64,000 bases of DNA. Origin: Octopus vulgaris (lineage: Eukaryota). Both the position numbers and the translations under genes were made by a program. The notes below the pieces were generated by a model. The model was given only the letters and a program-made list of their open reading frames with translations, did not search any database and was not told the origin of the DNA. The DNA lies in the NCBI GenBank assembly GCA_951406725.2, contig OX597818.1, positions 57,784,001 to 57,848,000 of the forward strand, given 5' to 3'. Below are positions 41,328 through 56,051 of the stretch, piece by piece (the first letter of the stretch is position 1; each line of letters begins with the position of its first letter).

Positions 41328-42016
41328 GTGTGTGTGTGTTTTACGACTGTTTGTCCTGCTACACCATCTGACAACCGATGCTGGTGTGCTTGCGTTCATC
41401 TAATTTAGCAGTTAGGTATATGAGACCGATAGAATATGTAGTTGGTCTTAAAAATGGAAATAATTTCTGGGGCGGATACAATATGCAGTAAAGTAATCCG
41501 TTTATTTGCATATAAACAGGGCCAATTCAAAATTATGAAAAACGAAACAACGCTTATGTGACTCAAATTAACTTGACAAACATTTGCGATATCGAAATAT
41601 TTTGGCACAACTGATGGGCAACTTTATTAAGATTAATCAATATTAGTGAAAAATATGATTAAGGCAGAGTTATGAGGTTAGGCGCCTTACATATACGAAT
41701 ATTCGAAGATGCCAAAAGAGGTGGTTTTACGTTTTCGTTGTGCTATTTTTGGTAATACTTCAGGGAATAATTGGCCGAGATTTTCTGAAATGTAAATAAA
41801 TAACTTTGATAAGAAAAAAGAAAGAATAATTAAGACATAATATAGAATAATACGTATTTTCACAGAGACAAATACATGTGCGCGCGCACACAAACACACA
41901 CACTCACTCACTCATACACACATATACACACACAAATATATGTACATATACGTTTGGTTACAGGTGAGATGGTGTGCCTGTGTAATATATATATACATAC
42001 ATACATACATACACAC

Positions 42017-42086
<70 letters not shown>

Positions 42087-42238
42087 ATATATATACACAT
42101 ACAGATATGCAGGTTAAATTTAAATATAGGATAAAAATCTATATAGCAGCTTATCAAGTAGTCATCGTGAAAATCTTATAAGGGGAAAGATTTATAATTA
42201 TTCCCTTTAAATATATTTAACCGACATATATGTGTGTG

Positions 42239-42285
<47 letters not shown>

Positions 42286-43238
42286 CACAGGCACACAATC
42301 TCACATGTGACTGCGTGTATATGCACATATAAGTTTGTGTGTGTATATGTGTCCGCGCCTGTGTATGTGTGTATGAGTGAGTGAGTGAGCCAAAACTACT
42401 ATAATAAAGATAATAATAACGATAAAATTGGTTTCCAATTTCCATTCCCTCGCTGTCGGTGCACTGTATATTTATTGTGGTAGTTTTGACTTTAAGATAT
42501 CAATTTTGATTGTGAAGAATAAAAACATGAAGGGTCACAGATGGAACCCCCTAAATTAGGTCTGAAATGTAAATGCGCATCCATATTTTTTGTAATGAAA
42601 TCAACAGTATTCAAAGAACGTTACGTATTTAATAAATTCACAATGATGAAGTCATTAACTGTCGTAGTCACGCACAAACACAAAACACAAACACCCATAC
42701 ACGAGCGTACGCACACAAAGAGACAAACACACAGACAGACACACGCACACATATATATATATATATACGACTATAACACCCCACCCAGGACAATTACCTC
42801 TAAGGACAAAAGATGATAATTAACAGCTTCTTGATATATGGGAGAGGGGTAATTAACGAAGGGTGAGGTAGTTGTTCAATGTTTAGTTGTCATGGCGGGT
42901 AGGCTTGTCCTGTGGTTATAATTGTCCTGATACGACATATACACATTCCCTGATCTGCATAGCAACTATTTAAAATTACCAGAATTTTTGCCTCGTGAAG
43001 TGCGGTGATCGATACTTCCCATTGTAACGATAAAACAAATCCAACACACATGCATATGTATCTATATTATACATAGTGTAATAAATAAAATATATGCATA
43101 CATACATACATATATGTACGTACCTACATCTACATGTATATATACATGCATATATAAATATATATACGTGAGTACAGGACACCACAAATAGACGTATAAC
43201 TCAACGAGAAACGAAAACGTAAAAACAAACTACACAAG

Positions 43239-43272
<34 letters not shown>

Positions 43273-43649
43273 TTGTGTATGTGTATATATAAACATATAT
43301 AGATAGATAGATAGATATTTACATAGATACATATATATATATACCTAATATTTCTCTGCATTATATTACCATTAACTTAAATATTAAAATGCATGTTTTG
43401 GCACTGTATAATATTCTAATTCCAATAAAATTTTTGTGAACTCACTTTCACAATGTATAACTTTATCTTATAATCCAAATCAAATAGCTGATACACTTAA
43501 TGCTTTTGAGATTCCTGAAATCCTTCCTTATCCCTTGCCAAATTTACAGCCTTACATTATTGCGTTTCTTATAACATTATCAATACAAGAATATTACTTC
43601 CTTTAAATACAAGAATGATCACCACTAATATAATATTTATATTTTATGT

Positions 43650-43990
43650 CATAGCCTTCGTTGGAGTCCTCATACATAATCGTAATTCCAATTACGAAAG
43701 ATAGGCAGGAAATCAAAAAGCGTACCCAGTACCTTCAATTATTCTAATAATTCCACATCTACATTTGGTGCCCTCTGGTGAAGATCTTCCCACTTATAAA
43801 AATATATTTATGAGATTTTAAAATTATGAGGTTTCATTCTAATATTCTTCATATCCAAAGAAAACATTTACTCGTTATTATTTGTTACTCTTCGCTTCCT
43901 TTTCGTATTGTATAGCTTTTATTCATATTCTTTGAAGTTCGATCTTCATAACCTGTGAGCGACATTAGTCCCCAATATTTTCTCATATTT
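43650..43990 (-). pseudogene. Possible ancient L1/Tx1-like RT relic
   Basis: Minus strand QYEKEA... then LKVLGTLFD...NW. Many stops. Confidence 0.25.
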
Positions 43991-45086
43991 TTCAATTAGA
44001 AAAACAAAAAGCATTTGAGTCGACATTTTGGTATCCAGATTATTTGCCCTTTGGGAATGAAAGCTGGTTAATGGAAAACCTGAAAACCTCATTTAGAGAA
44101 ACATTAATACATGAACTGACTTGCCGGTTGCTATTATTATTTTTCAACTAATGTACAAACAAAGAAGAATATTTTAAGATACAAAAAAATATATTGTTTT
44201 GTTGTTGATAAATAGCCGTCAGTCAGTTATGCACCATTAACCTTCAACAATTTGTTGCAAAACATGCTCCAAACAAAGCACTCCATGGTGACGATGGTGA
44301 TGATGATGATGATTATTGTGGAGGCAACGGCATCGGCCATTGTGATGTTGAAGACGAGAGCGACAATGAAAATGGTGACCAGCATATTTTATACAAGTGT
44401 GATGACTACGCTATCGACGTCGAAGACAACAATTATAGCATCGAACACGGCATGCATTTTCGATTTCCGAAGCAGAGGATCTCTAATCATATCCAATTTG
44501 AACTCATTATCAAGTTTGCTTCTCATTAATCATTATTTCTGAACAATGAACAATTATGCTATCAAATGTATAATAGCTGGTATTGCCACAGAGAAATTCA
44601 CATCTCGGTGTCGATGTTTAAGACAATAATTGCTGGTTGACATAGATAACATACTTTAGTTATCAGCTCAATTGTTATATAAAATCAGTGTAATATGAAG
44701 AAATATTTCATTAGTTTACACTGGTGCTATTCATATCTATGATTGTAGAGTGACGAAGATTAAGATCCGACATTGAGTAGGATCTCAATCTTAAATGGAA
44801 ATGTCATTTGACGAAAGTTCTGCTTATTTTAGTAGAAGTATGTTCATTAGAATTTGAAATCCAATGAAAAATATTTACTTTAGAAGTATGTTGTCGGTTT
44901 GCTTGAAGCATCGGGAAGTAATTATGAAAGTGGTTTGGAAAACCGTTGGTGAAATCGAGAGAGGAAAAGATTTGAATGCATGAGATGAAACATTAATAAC
45001 GGAATGTAGTTCTGTGCAAAACAAACTCATACCTATATTTGAAGAGAATGGTAAACATTTTTCTTCACTACTATGTATCTACTGAA

Positions 45087-45128
<42 letters not shown>

Positions 45129-45131
<3 letters not shown>

Positions 45132-45299
45132 CGTAGGAGTGGCTTTGTGGTAAGTAGATTGCTTACGATCCACATGGTTCCGGGTTCAGTCCCACTGCGT
45201 GGCACCTTGGGGACGTGTCTTCTATTATAGCCTCGGGCCAACCAAATCCTTGTGAGTGGATTTGGTAGACGGAAACGGAAAGACGCCCGTCGTATATAA

Positions 45300-45358
<59 letters not shown>

Positions 45359-45549
45359 CATATGCTTGTGTGTCTGTGTTTGTCCCTCCAACAGCGCATG
45401 ACAACCGTAACTTAGTGGTTCGGCAAAAGAGCCGATAAAATAAGTACTAGCCTTAGAAAGAATAAGTCCTGGGGTCAATTTGCTCTACTAAAGGCGGTGC
45501 TCCAGCAAGACCACAGTCAAATGACTGAAACAAGTAAAAGACTAAAAGA

Positions 45550-45550
<1 letters not shown>
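45129..45550 (+). mobile_element. SINE family A
   Basis: Full head; small internal deletion; in (TA)n. Confidence 0.9.
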
Positions 45551-45593
<43 letters not shown>

Positions 45594-45897
45594 AATAATT
45601 TGTGGATGTATCTCACATGTCAGGTGTAAATGAGAGTACTTTATTTTCTATTTTCCGTGGTCTAGGTACAGCAACAAAACTAGGCATTACCCTGTTCCAG
45701 TTATTCTATTGCAAAGGATTATACTCGAAACTGCTTTGACTAACTAAATGATTATTATGATAGAATTCCGTTCATTTTTCTTCTACATAATCATACACTG
45801 ATTCTGTTTGTTTTCGTCTCTAAAGAAATTTATTTGCTTCAATTAATATCGCTTTCAAATTTTAGCGGAAGGTCACCAGTTTCGGCGGAGGAAGAAA

Positions 45898-46116
45898 GTT
45901 GATTACATCGACCCCATTACTGAGCTAGTACTTATTTTATCTATCCCGTGGGTCGACCAGGCAGAATTTGGACTCAGAATGTAATGAAGGACGAATAGCC
46001 GCAAATCATTTTATCCGGCATCTTAACAATTCTGCCAGTTCATCACCTTAATAATAACAATGGAAATAATAATAATGATAATAATAATAATAGTAATAGT
46101 AACAATGATGATGATG

Positions 46117-46164
<48 letters not shown>

Positions 46165-46180
46165 TTAATAATAATAATAG

Positions 46181-46211
<31 letters not shown>

Positions 46212-46503
46212 AATAATAATAATGATAGTAATAATAATAATAGTTATAGTAATAATAATGATAATAATAAACATAATAATAATAAGAGTTATTATTATTA
46301 TTATTATTATTTCTTTATTGCCCAGAAGTCGCTAAACATAGAGGGACAAACAAGGACAGACAAAGGGATTAAGTCGATTACACTGACCCCAGTGTATAAC
46401 AGGTACTTAATTTATGAACCCCAAAAGGATGAAAGACAAAGTCGACCTCGGCGGAATTTGAACTCAGAACGAAATACTGAACTCAGACGAATTGCTGCTA
46501 ACG
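45898..46503 (-). mobile_element. Two SINE family B remnants (45898-46049, 46308-46503) around an (AAT)n/(ATT)n tract
   Basis: Reverse matches to the family B head and body. Confidence 0.7.
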
Positions 46504-48076
46504 TTTCTCCCCATTCACTGGCTCTCAAAGCTTCTGATCATAAGTGGTATCATGTACATGTTTTGTCCTGGTATAAAAGATAGGTTACAGCAGATATTCT
46601 GCTCAATACCACAGATTTGGTTTTCAGTTGTTTGAGCATGTCGCTTAGTGGCTGGCAACATGTGCATCTCAGAAGTAGTGGGGGATCATCATAGACATGT
46701 GTTGAGAGGAATTCTTGGGAGTTTGAATAAAATACATGTGAAGAGATGGACGTTAAACAACTCTTATTCAGGGATATCTTAAGCGGGACCCTCTCCTCGA
46801 TGTAAAAAAAATTCTAACTGGGCCCTACCTGTAAGATCATTCTCTGTTTATCTTGATATGAGATCACCCTGTCGTGCAGTTATACTTTTGATGCATGTGT
46901 CTGGTGTACCCTTATCAGGCGGGTAGGCATGATGTGTTTACCGAGCTTCATGTATTTCACCCCAGTGTTGGTAACGTTAAAATACGAAAAGCTCATGTGT
47001 TGTTCCATAGTGACCGTGTTTTTCTCCTCTCTCTCACCCCGCGAGGGAGAGGCGGGAAAGCCTCTGCGACAAATTATACTTTTCTTCCTTTAGCTTAGAA
47101 TCCATATCAACGTAGGCAATTTGCGTGTCGCAGCAAGCTGGTCTGTTCATCAGACCGAAGCGTAGCAATTCGCTCCCAAAGAGGCGAACCTCCTAGTTTC
47201 GGCGAAATGTCAACCGCTAAGCGGGGTCTGTTTAAAAAAAAAAACAGCAAGAACACACGCGACTTCAAAAGTTTAGATGCAAAATTCAACACGGCGAACG
47301 CAAAGAAACAGGTCCGTTCCGTAAGAAATTGTCTACACGATGGAAAAGTCCATGATATATATATATTTATGTGTGTGTGTGTGTTTGTAGTAAGGTAGCT
47401 AGATAATGAGAGACGGAGAGAGAAAGACAACTAGCAAATATTTTAATTTCAAGAAAGTAAATTCTTATGTAAAATGAGCACCATAAAGATAATAGTAAAG
47501 AACATTTGCCAAAATAACATGGTTTAGGACGAATGTTGGAGACGATGCTTCTTGGGGCTGAATCATAGTAACATTCGTCCTAAATAAGGATTGCCATGTT
47601 ATGTTGGCAAATACTTTTTACTCTAGAGTACCGTTGCTGAATATCTCTCGTTGAGAGATTTAGAAATAGTAATTTTTCTATTGTAAAGAAAGGTTTTCAT
47701 AGGCTTTTATCTGATTCAGATGAAGCAATTTCTCTCTTGCTATGACCATTTCTTTTCAGTCATTATAACATAACACAGAAACAGCATTTGTATTTAGTAA
47801 TGCATTTTAATAAAGTTCTTATGTCAGGGTATGTACTTGGAATAAAGATTCATATTTTTTATTATCAACTCTTTAATGTTAGTCCCACTTGAACATAAAT
47901 CAATCATCACAAATTGGTGAATATAAATTTAATTACATTCAATAGCTTTGAAAGAGATCAAAGAAATAAAGCTGAAGAACGTTTGGGGGATATAAAATAT
48001 CATCGATAGCTGCAACAATTGTGTAATTTGAAAAATCGTTTGAAACATTTTTGTTCCATTCAATTGTTAAATAACT

Positions 48077-48467
48077 CTTGCAGTATCGCCCGGCGTTGCT
48101 CGGGTTTGTTTGGACCTTTTAGAATTGGAATTTTTGAAAAGTAAATCTTTTGCATTATGTAGCTTGTTATTCTCTTTAAGTGAACATTCTTTCTGGTTGA
48201 AATACACCGAAAAATGGCGACACAGCAGTCAAAAAATCGTAAAAAATAGGGATTTTCATAGAAAAAAAGAACCTTTTTTATGAAAATAATTTTTGGTGTT
48301 AACATGGTCCGATTTGAATGTTTTCTGCTACGGAAGGAAGAGCAAGCCTTCTTCTATCTTACTCAATTTTGGTCAACTTGTGCCGCAGGGTCTCGGATGA
48401 GATAGTGTTAATTGAAGGCTACCAAACCTGCCATACACAGACAACTTCAGCTTTATATATACAGAGA
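48077..48467 (-). mobile_element. Non-autonomous Helitron, same 3' end as 12367-12767 but different interior
   Basis: gcagtatcgcccggcgttgctcgggtttgt is identical. Terminal ctag mutated to cttg. Other end ctttatatatacagaga|t. Confidence 0.8.
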
Positions 48468-49292
48468 TTATGCCTACCGTTCGTTACAAGGAGCACTCTG
48501 TTGACACCAGTTTTTTAATGCCGTGATGATACACATTTCTTCAGCATCCTTAACGATTTCCAATTGAGCATCGTTTGGTAAATAGCAGAAGAAAACCTAT
48601 ATGTGCTACTCGGCTATTATAAAATGATGCTATTATTGATAACAATAGCAAAGTGTTTATCTTTAGAGTTAGAACACTATCTGTGGAATTTATATTTTCT
48701 CTGAGGATTATAGCGAAACGCATTTTGCCTAAGACTGAATCAAAACAATGCTACGAATGATGTGAATATCAATTCTGCACTCACATTCAAATTTATAGTG
48801 TTATTCTTCAATGCCTTTAAACCTTCAAGTTATAATTTTCTAAAAAGTGATGTACATGTTCATAAAACATAATTGTTATATATAGAGAGGTAAGTATCAA
48901 AATATTACCGTTTTATTTGTGCTAAATATTTCATGATAAATTGGTTGAAAAATGTAATCGTGTCACCTGGTCTGTCTTCCACGAACACCATTGTGAACTA
49001 ATTGAATGGACTAAAGCGGAACATTATTAACATTGTCCTGAATAGTATACTTTTAACGAATTTGTTCAATACAATAGAATGATTCCTTATCTAAACCTCA
49101 GAGTAATAATCTTAAACCTGCCTATTATGGTCTTTGTAATATTAGATAAAAGGAATAATGAACGTAATAAATACACAGATAACAGCGTGGAAGCGGAGAT
49201 GTATGAGACATTATTTTTATAGCTAGTGATTCGACTGTTGCAAATTATATTTGCAGCTGCATTAAATATAAACATGTAGTCTGCAATACCGT

Positions 49293-49370
49293 ATGAAGAT
49301 TGTTACAATAAGAGGTCAGTATCTGATGAAAATGAAGATTGTTACAATAAGAGGTCAGTATCTGATGAAA
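49293..49370. repeat. Exact 39-bp tandem duplication
   Basis: atgaagattgttacaataagaggtcagtatctgatgaaa twice. Confidence 0.95.
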
Positions 49371-50794
49371 ATTATAAATTTTAACGCATGATTACTCACG
49401 ATTTTAACGCTCGAATGTATGAATATATGAGAGGTAGTGTGACTCGAATATATGTCCCTATATACATTCAATAATATTTATTTCCGCTTTTCACTTTCAA
49501 AATGTACAATGTACAGCAAACGTTAAATCTGTCGTAAATAAAATTTGTTTCTATTGTCGTCGGATGTATAGTGATTCAAATTTGGATCATTGAAAGTAAG
49601 ATGTTTTTTCAAGACCGAGAATTTTCATTAAAGCTAGAATAAATATTTGCAATATATAATCATTTTTCTCAAGCCGTCTTTGTCATGTTCAAACAGATGA
49701 GATATCAATGCCCATATGCAAGGAGTGTAGAAACGGACAAAAGATATAACTATCGCAATATGACAACAATGGGTGTATATAAGTCTTAAGCCAATCAAAT
49801 TGCAACATAAACGAAATAATGCAATGAGAAAACGTGCGGATAACAATGGCGTTGCTCTCTGCATTAACATGCGACGCACTGCGAACTAGAAAGCTAAAAA
49901 CCTAAATGTTGAGTTTAGGCAGGAGCAGCTGTAAGGATAAAAATGATAAGAATATAAAAAAAAACCAGCAGGATAATAAAAAATCCAAAACATATTATGA
50001 AAAGAACTAAAAAAGCGTATCGAAGAATCAGTAACATCACTCAGCCCAAACAATATAAGCTAGATAAAAAGGAGGTTAACTTCTTTCTACTGCACTGTAC
50101 GCAAACAAAACGAATAAATTACTGACTGCAACGTAAATTGTTGCATTCTTCTTGCCGAGATACACTAATTACAACTATACTCCGATAGGACAGCTACTTC
50201 TGTAAGCCAAAGGTTTATAAATTTCTGAATAGGGTATTATCAAAATGAAATGCGCAGATATTCCGATCAAAGAGAAGAAAGAATATATCTACGAAAAATG
50301 GCTTAGAAGAGCCGGGAATTTACAGATGTATAATTAGGCGAAAATTGGAATAAACATAATTTTGGATATAAAATCCAAACGTAAACAGCTACGGTAATGA
50401 TCGGAAAACAGTGTGTAATCAAGAGAGCACTAACAAAATGCATAACAAACCTACGATGGATAAGGGATTTACAATGGGTTGAATCAATAATATATTTGCT
50501 ATATACTGCACAAAGCTCGTGAAAATGTTCTTGGTATAATATTAGAAGAGCTTCTATACAATTACGGCACAAACCATCTAGCAAGATTTCAACACAATTG
50601 CCATGTAATAATACAAACGGCTGATATGCGTGCAGCACATTCTAGCGATTTTCCTACGTAATCAATATACATATACATGCTGTGTGAATGGTGTTGTAGG
50701 AGTAGGATTATTACTGAAAACTATGTTACGTTTGCACTGAAAAAATTCACTTCTTCCCATTTCATGCACCAGCAATTCCATAACGTCTCATTTT

Positions 50795-51101
50795 CATCTT
50801 CGTCGATGGGTCGGAGGTAAAATTCTGTCCAGTTCAACTTCGTCTTTCATCCTTACGAGAACAATGAAATAAGATATGTCATTATAGACATCGATATGAT
50901 CCACTGATCACCTCTAACTAAATTAGGACACTGGACGAAACGTCTAGCGGTATTTTCCCCGTGTTTACGTTCTAAGTTCGAATTCCGCCTGGGTCGACTT
51001 TACCTGTTGGTGTTGATAAAATAAGTACCAGTTGTACACTGGGGTCGATGTCATCGACTCACCCGTCCATCGATATTGTTGGCCTTGTGCCAAAATTTGA
51101 A
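50795..51101 (+). mobile_element. Two degenerate SINE family B units
   Basis: gttcgaattccgcctgggtcgacttt...aagtaccag...ggggtcgatg. Confidence 0.65.
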
Positions 51102-51221
51102 ATCATTATTATTGTTATTATTCAGTGGTTTTATTTTTATAACGTGTTTTCACATCACCATCGAGCGCATGTCTGTGTGTCTTGGGTATGTGCTCTGGTT
51201 TATTATTTTATTATTATTATT

Positions 51222-51799
<578 letters not shown>

Positions 51800-51899
51800 T
51801 AAGACGTCGCACAGTTTCCAATATCGTGATGTTGATTGAAGATATTGTGTCTTCAGGGTGTTTATACTGCCTGTCAAATCACAACAAGTACCTCAAACA

Positions 51900-52405
51900 G
51901 ACAGTACTTTACGTAATATGCGTGCAGATCAAAGTAATGACGATTTTTGCAAAACGCCTAGATTGTGGGATATTTCTAAATCTTCGACATGTTTTCTTCG
52001 GATTAGGTGGTATTGAAGCCAATGCTCCGATGACAATAGGGACAACATTTATGTTTGACTCTCCTAGCTGCCACATCTTGGTTATCTATTATCAGGTCTC
52101 CATATTTATCAATCTTTTCTCTCTCTTTCATAATATTTTGACCTCCTGCTACTGTTACGTCAATTATGAGTATCCATACCTCCGGCTTTGTAGCCAGTGA
52201 ATGTTTCGGGCTACCTTGTCCTGTATGCGCTTGTAATCTTTCTGCACAAGACTTTCAGAAGCACTAACAATGTGAGTCACATTTTCGACCCTCTTCCCAA
52301 ACATTCGGCAAAATTTTGTTGCATTTGTGTGGTATATGTTGTTTTTCATTGAGTTGATATTCAATGCTCGAAACTTGGCAGCAATGATTAGGCTTTCAGT
52401 ATTTT
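51900..52405 (-). pseudogene. Older R4-like LINE relic (CCHC region)
   Basis: TESLIIAA..ALNINSMKNNIYH...CRMFGKRVENVTHIVSASESLVQKDYKRIQDKVARNIHW. Confidence 0.7.
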
Positions 52406-52871
52406 TTTAATTTAAAAAAAAAATTTTTTAATTAATCGAAGATAAATTCTAATCCTATTTGGGCTCCCCATGGATGATGGTGGGGGGTCTCGCGTGCGAT
52501 GGTGTTTTCTAGAATGATTCCACTTCATTTAACTCTCACAGATAGTAGTACGGTGGTTCGATGCATTTCACAGTACCTTCCTTCAGTGAGGACGCTGAAT
52601 TGTATTTGTCCCTCCATGACTTGTGCATGCCGTCACGATACGACCTGTAACTAAGATTTGCATGGTATATATTCTTTTTCATTGAGTTGATATTCAATGC
52701 CTGAACCTAGGCAGCAATGATTAGGCTTTCAGTATTTTTTATTGGTCACACTTGCTGAGCCACCTCCATGATGCTTCCTGGTTCTTTAAGTTGTTAGCTT
52801 CATTGTGGAACTGACCATGTAATTCCACTCGAAGTAGGGCTTCTTCTCTCTGGTTGACTGTTCGTGATTTG

Positions 52872-53001
52872 AATCGATCCCAGAACTTATTCTTTGTAAC
52901 CCTAGTACATATTCTATCGGTCTCTTTTGCCCAACCGCTAAGTTACGGGGACGTAAAAACACCAGTATCGGTTGTCAAGCGATGTCGGGGGACAAACAGA
53001 G

Positions 53002-53052
<51 letters not shown>

Positions 53053-53214
53053 CTACGAGCTTCTTTCAGTTTCCGTCTAACAAATCCATTCACAAGGCTT
53101 TGGTCTGCCCGAGGCTATAGTGGAAACACTTGCCCAACGTGCCACGCAGTGGGACTGAATCCAGAACCATGTGATTGGTAAGCAAGCTACTACCAAACAG
53201 CCACTCCTAAGCCT
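52872..53214 (-). mobile_element. SINE family A, 3'-truncated
   Basis: Reverse copy beginning at the duplication breakpoint. Confidence 0.85.
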
Positions 53215-53294
53215 ATTCTTTTATATTCTTCACAAATTATATAATGTTATATTAATTATCAAATGATTGATAGTATACATAAATTAGAAACATA

Positions 53295-53537
53295 AAATAT
53301 TACGGAGATGTACTTGCATAACAGGTTATTTGATCTGAGATCGTGTGCTGAAACGAAAACAATTGCAGCGTGGAAGGTGTTTGTAAGCCGGGCAGCACGG
53401 AGTTTTGTCAGTGAAAAGGTCGCAGTCTGAAAGCGACGAAAATATTTTGACAAATTAAACTTAAATTTGAAGTGAACCGAACGGCTTTTGTCTGTTTCTT
53501 AAATGGCTTACAAACACCTTCCACGCTGCAATTGTTT
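53295..53537 (+). mobile_element. Short element with inverted 3' copy and hammerhead-like motif (53404-53454)
   Basis: Perfect 33-bp inverted repeat 53357-53389 / 53505-53537. tttgtca-GTGAAAA-g-gtcgc..gcgac-GAAA ATAT TT-tgacaaa. Homolog at 62657-62828. Confidence 0.65.
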
Positions 53538-53766
53538 ATATAAAATATTTATTTATACATAAAAACAGGGGTGGGCTCGCTGGGGCTTTTATGTGGCCAT
53601 GAGGGTGGCGGTGGCTCAAAAAGTTTGAGAACTGCTATTGCGGGTCTTGCTTGCTGTTTATCAAATAGTCTTCTATTTTTCTTCTTTCGCTGTTGATGCA
53701 CTCCCGTATGCTAGTCAACTCACGTCCTCCTTTGCCCCTTCATCTACAGCTTGTGTACATTCGCCT

Positions 53767-53767
<1 letters not shown>

Positions 53768-53804
<37 letters not shown>

Positions 53805-53878
53805 TAATAATAATAATAACAATAATAATGATAATAATAATAATAATAATAACAATAATAATAATAACAATAATAATG

Positions 53879-53936
<58 letters not shown>

Positions 53937-53949
53937 TAATAGTAATAAC

Positions 53950-54018
<69 letters not shown>

Positions 54019-54060
54019 TATTATTATTATTATCATCATCATCATTACTATTATTATTAT
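53768..54060. repeat. (AAT)n tract flipping to (ATT)n
   Basis: Direct reading; strand switch near 54017. Confidence 0.95.
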
Positions 54061-56051
54061 TGTGTACTAAATTAATATATAACACTCGGAAAAAACCGGC
54101 ATAGAATTATTCTTAATATACTAATTATGTTAATCATACATTATTGATTGCATCACACAAATAAAATATCATGAACCACACTCACACACACAAAATGGAA
54201 GATAAAACTAACCTCATAACAAAGGAATGAAATATAACGTGTGACGAGTGGACAATTTGCCAGCAACGCTAACAACAGCAAGAACAATATCGATGTATGC
54301 CTTAAAGAAAATGTGAAGATGAACGTCTAAACTCTTTCCTACACAAACATAATATTGGACGTTATTAATAATCTTCGCTTTAAAGAAAAAACAAAAAAAA
54401 AAGGAAAATAACCTGACAGTGATTTGACAAATGGACAATAAATTTTCTTGATGGAGCTTTGCGTGTTGGAATTCCTGTTAATTTAATTCGGCTCAGGAAA
54501 GGGAACATTCCTGATCACATGATATGAAGTCACAAGAAGTAGAGCTATTTCTGAAATAGAGTGACACTTGTTCCTAGAGCAATACATATTAATATCATAA
54601 TTGGGTTTTTTTCTTACAGACGTTTTAAATTAATCGAAGATAAATTCTAATCCTATTTGGCCTCCCCGTGGATGAGGGTGGGGGGTGTCTCGCGTGCGAT
54701 GGTGTTTTCTAGAATGATTCCACTTCATTTAAATCTCACAGATTGTAGTACGGTGGTTCGATGTATTTCACAGTACCTTCCTTCAGTGAGGACGCTGAAT
54801 TGTATTTGTCCCTCTATGCCTTGTGCATGCCATCATGATACGACCTGTAACTAAAATTTGCATGGTATATATTCTTTTTCATTGAGTTGATATTCAATGC
54901 CTGAACCTAGGCAGCAATGATTAGGCTTTCAGAATTTTTTATTGGACACACTTGCTGAGCCACCTCCATGATGCTTCCTGGTTCTTTAAGTTGTTAGCTT
55001 CATTGTGGAACTGACCATGTAATTCCACTCGAAGTAGGGCTTCTTCTCTCTGGTTGACTGTTCGTGATTCGAATTCATGAGAACTCTCAAGCCCATTTTT
55101 GGTAAATCATTCTGTATTAGCAGCATGCTATAGCACATAGATTCTCAAAGTGATATATTTGCTTAGAAAACTTTCAAATGGTTTTCACGGCTACAAATGT
55201 AGTAACCGGTCCTTTACCTTGATTGCTGAGTTTTAAATGTGTACTCTGCATGCAACAGGTAATGAGAGCATATTTGAAATTAAGCAACGGATTATGTTGT
55301 GATAGTTTTCTGAACTTATGAAACCACTGGTCCTTCTATTCCTACAGAGAGCATAACCAGTCGCAAATCGCCCAACTTTATATGGTACATTAAAAAAACG
55401 CTGGGGTAGCAGTACATCATGTGTTATAGTGCGTTAAAAATGAGAAAAATGTTCCTTGTTCACTCACTTAAAATGAAAATCTTAGTTAAAATGCATGCTG
55501 TGTACCATACAAGGTATAAAAGCTTTACCGCCACATTATGCTTTCGAAACGTGCATATATTTTGAAAAAAATGTGAAACATTTGTATTTTCGACAAAATG
55601 TCCCAACCTGACATTCATGGCATTCTCGTCTCCTTTATACAACAAGGATTGTATTCTCCACTATTCTTTTATAAGTTTTTTTATACAAACTGGTATAACT
55701 TGTGTGAGATTTGCGGATATTTCTGTCATTGTAAGCCACTAAATATAAATTCTTGGACTATATTTCATGTGCGGCATGGCTATGTGATTTATTAGCTCGC
55801 TGTGAAACTCGCTGGTTTTCTATTCAGCAACTGAGTAAGTAGTGTCTTCTACGAGATCCCCGCTATGCATGCCTTGTGTGTGAATTTGGTCGACGGAAAC
55901 TGTGTGGAAACATTTATATGCATGCATACATACATACATTCATATAAACATATATAGATTCAGATGAATATGGTATTGGCACCAAACTTTAGTAAAGTAT
56001 CATCCATACAATTTCAAAATAAGGTGATTAAAATCAAAATAAACAACAAAC

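Larger units (their letters stand above)
52430..55069. repeat. Dispersed direct duplication of ~440 bp (52430-52869 and 54628-55069)
   Basis: Near-identical from aattaatcgaagataaattc to ttgactgttcgtgatt. Includes an R4-like fragment. Confidence 0.95.

Noticed and set aside
47140-47206. CTGATGA and GAAAC on the minus strand as a type II hammerhead
   Set aside because: Required stems cannot be formed.
50300-50620. Possible RTE-like RT relic (LLYTAQ, HLARFQH)
   Set aside because: Too decayed to support by eye.
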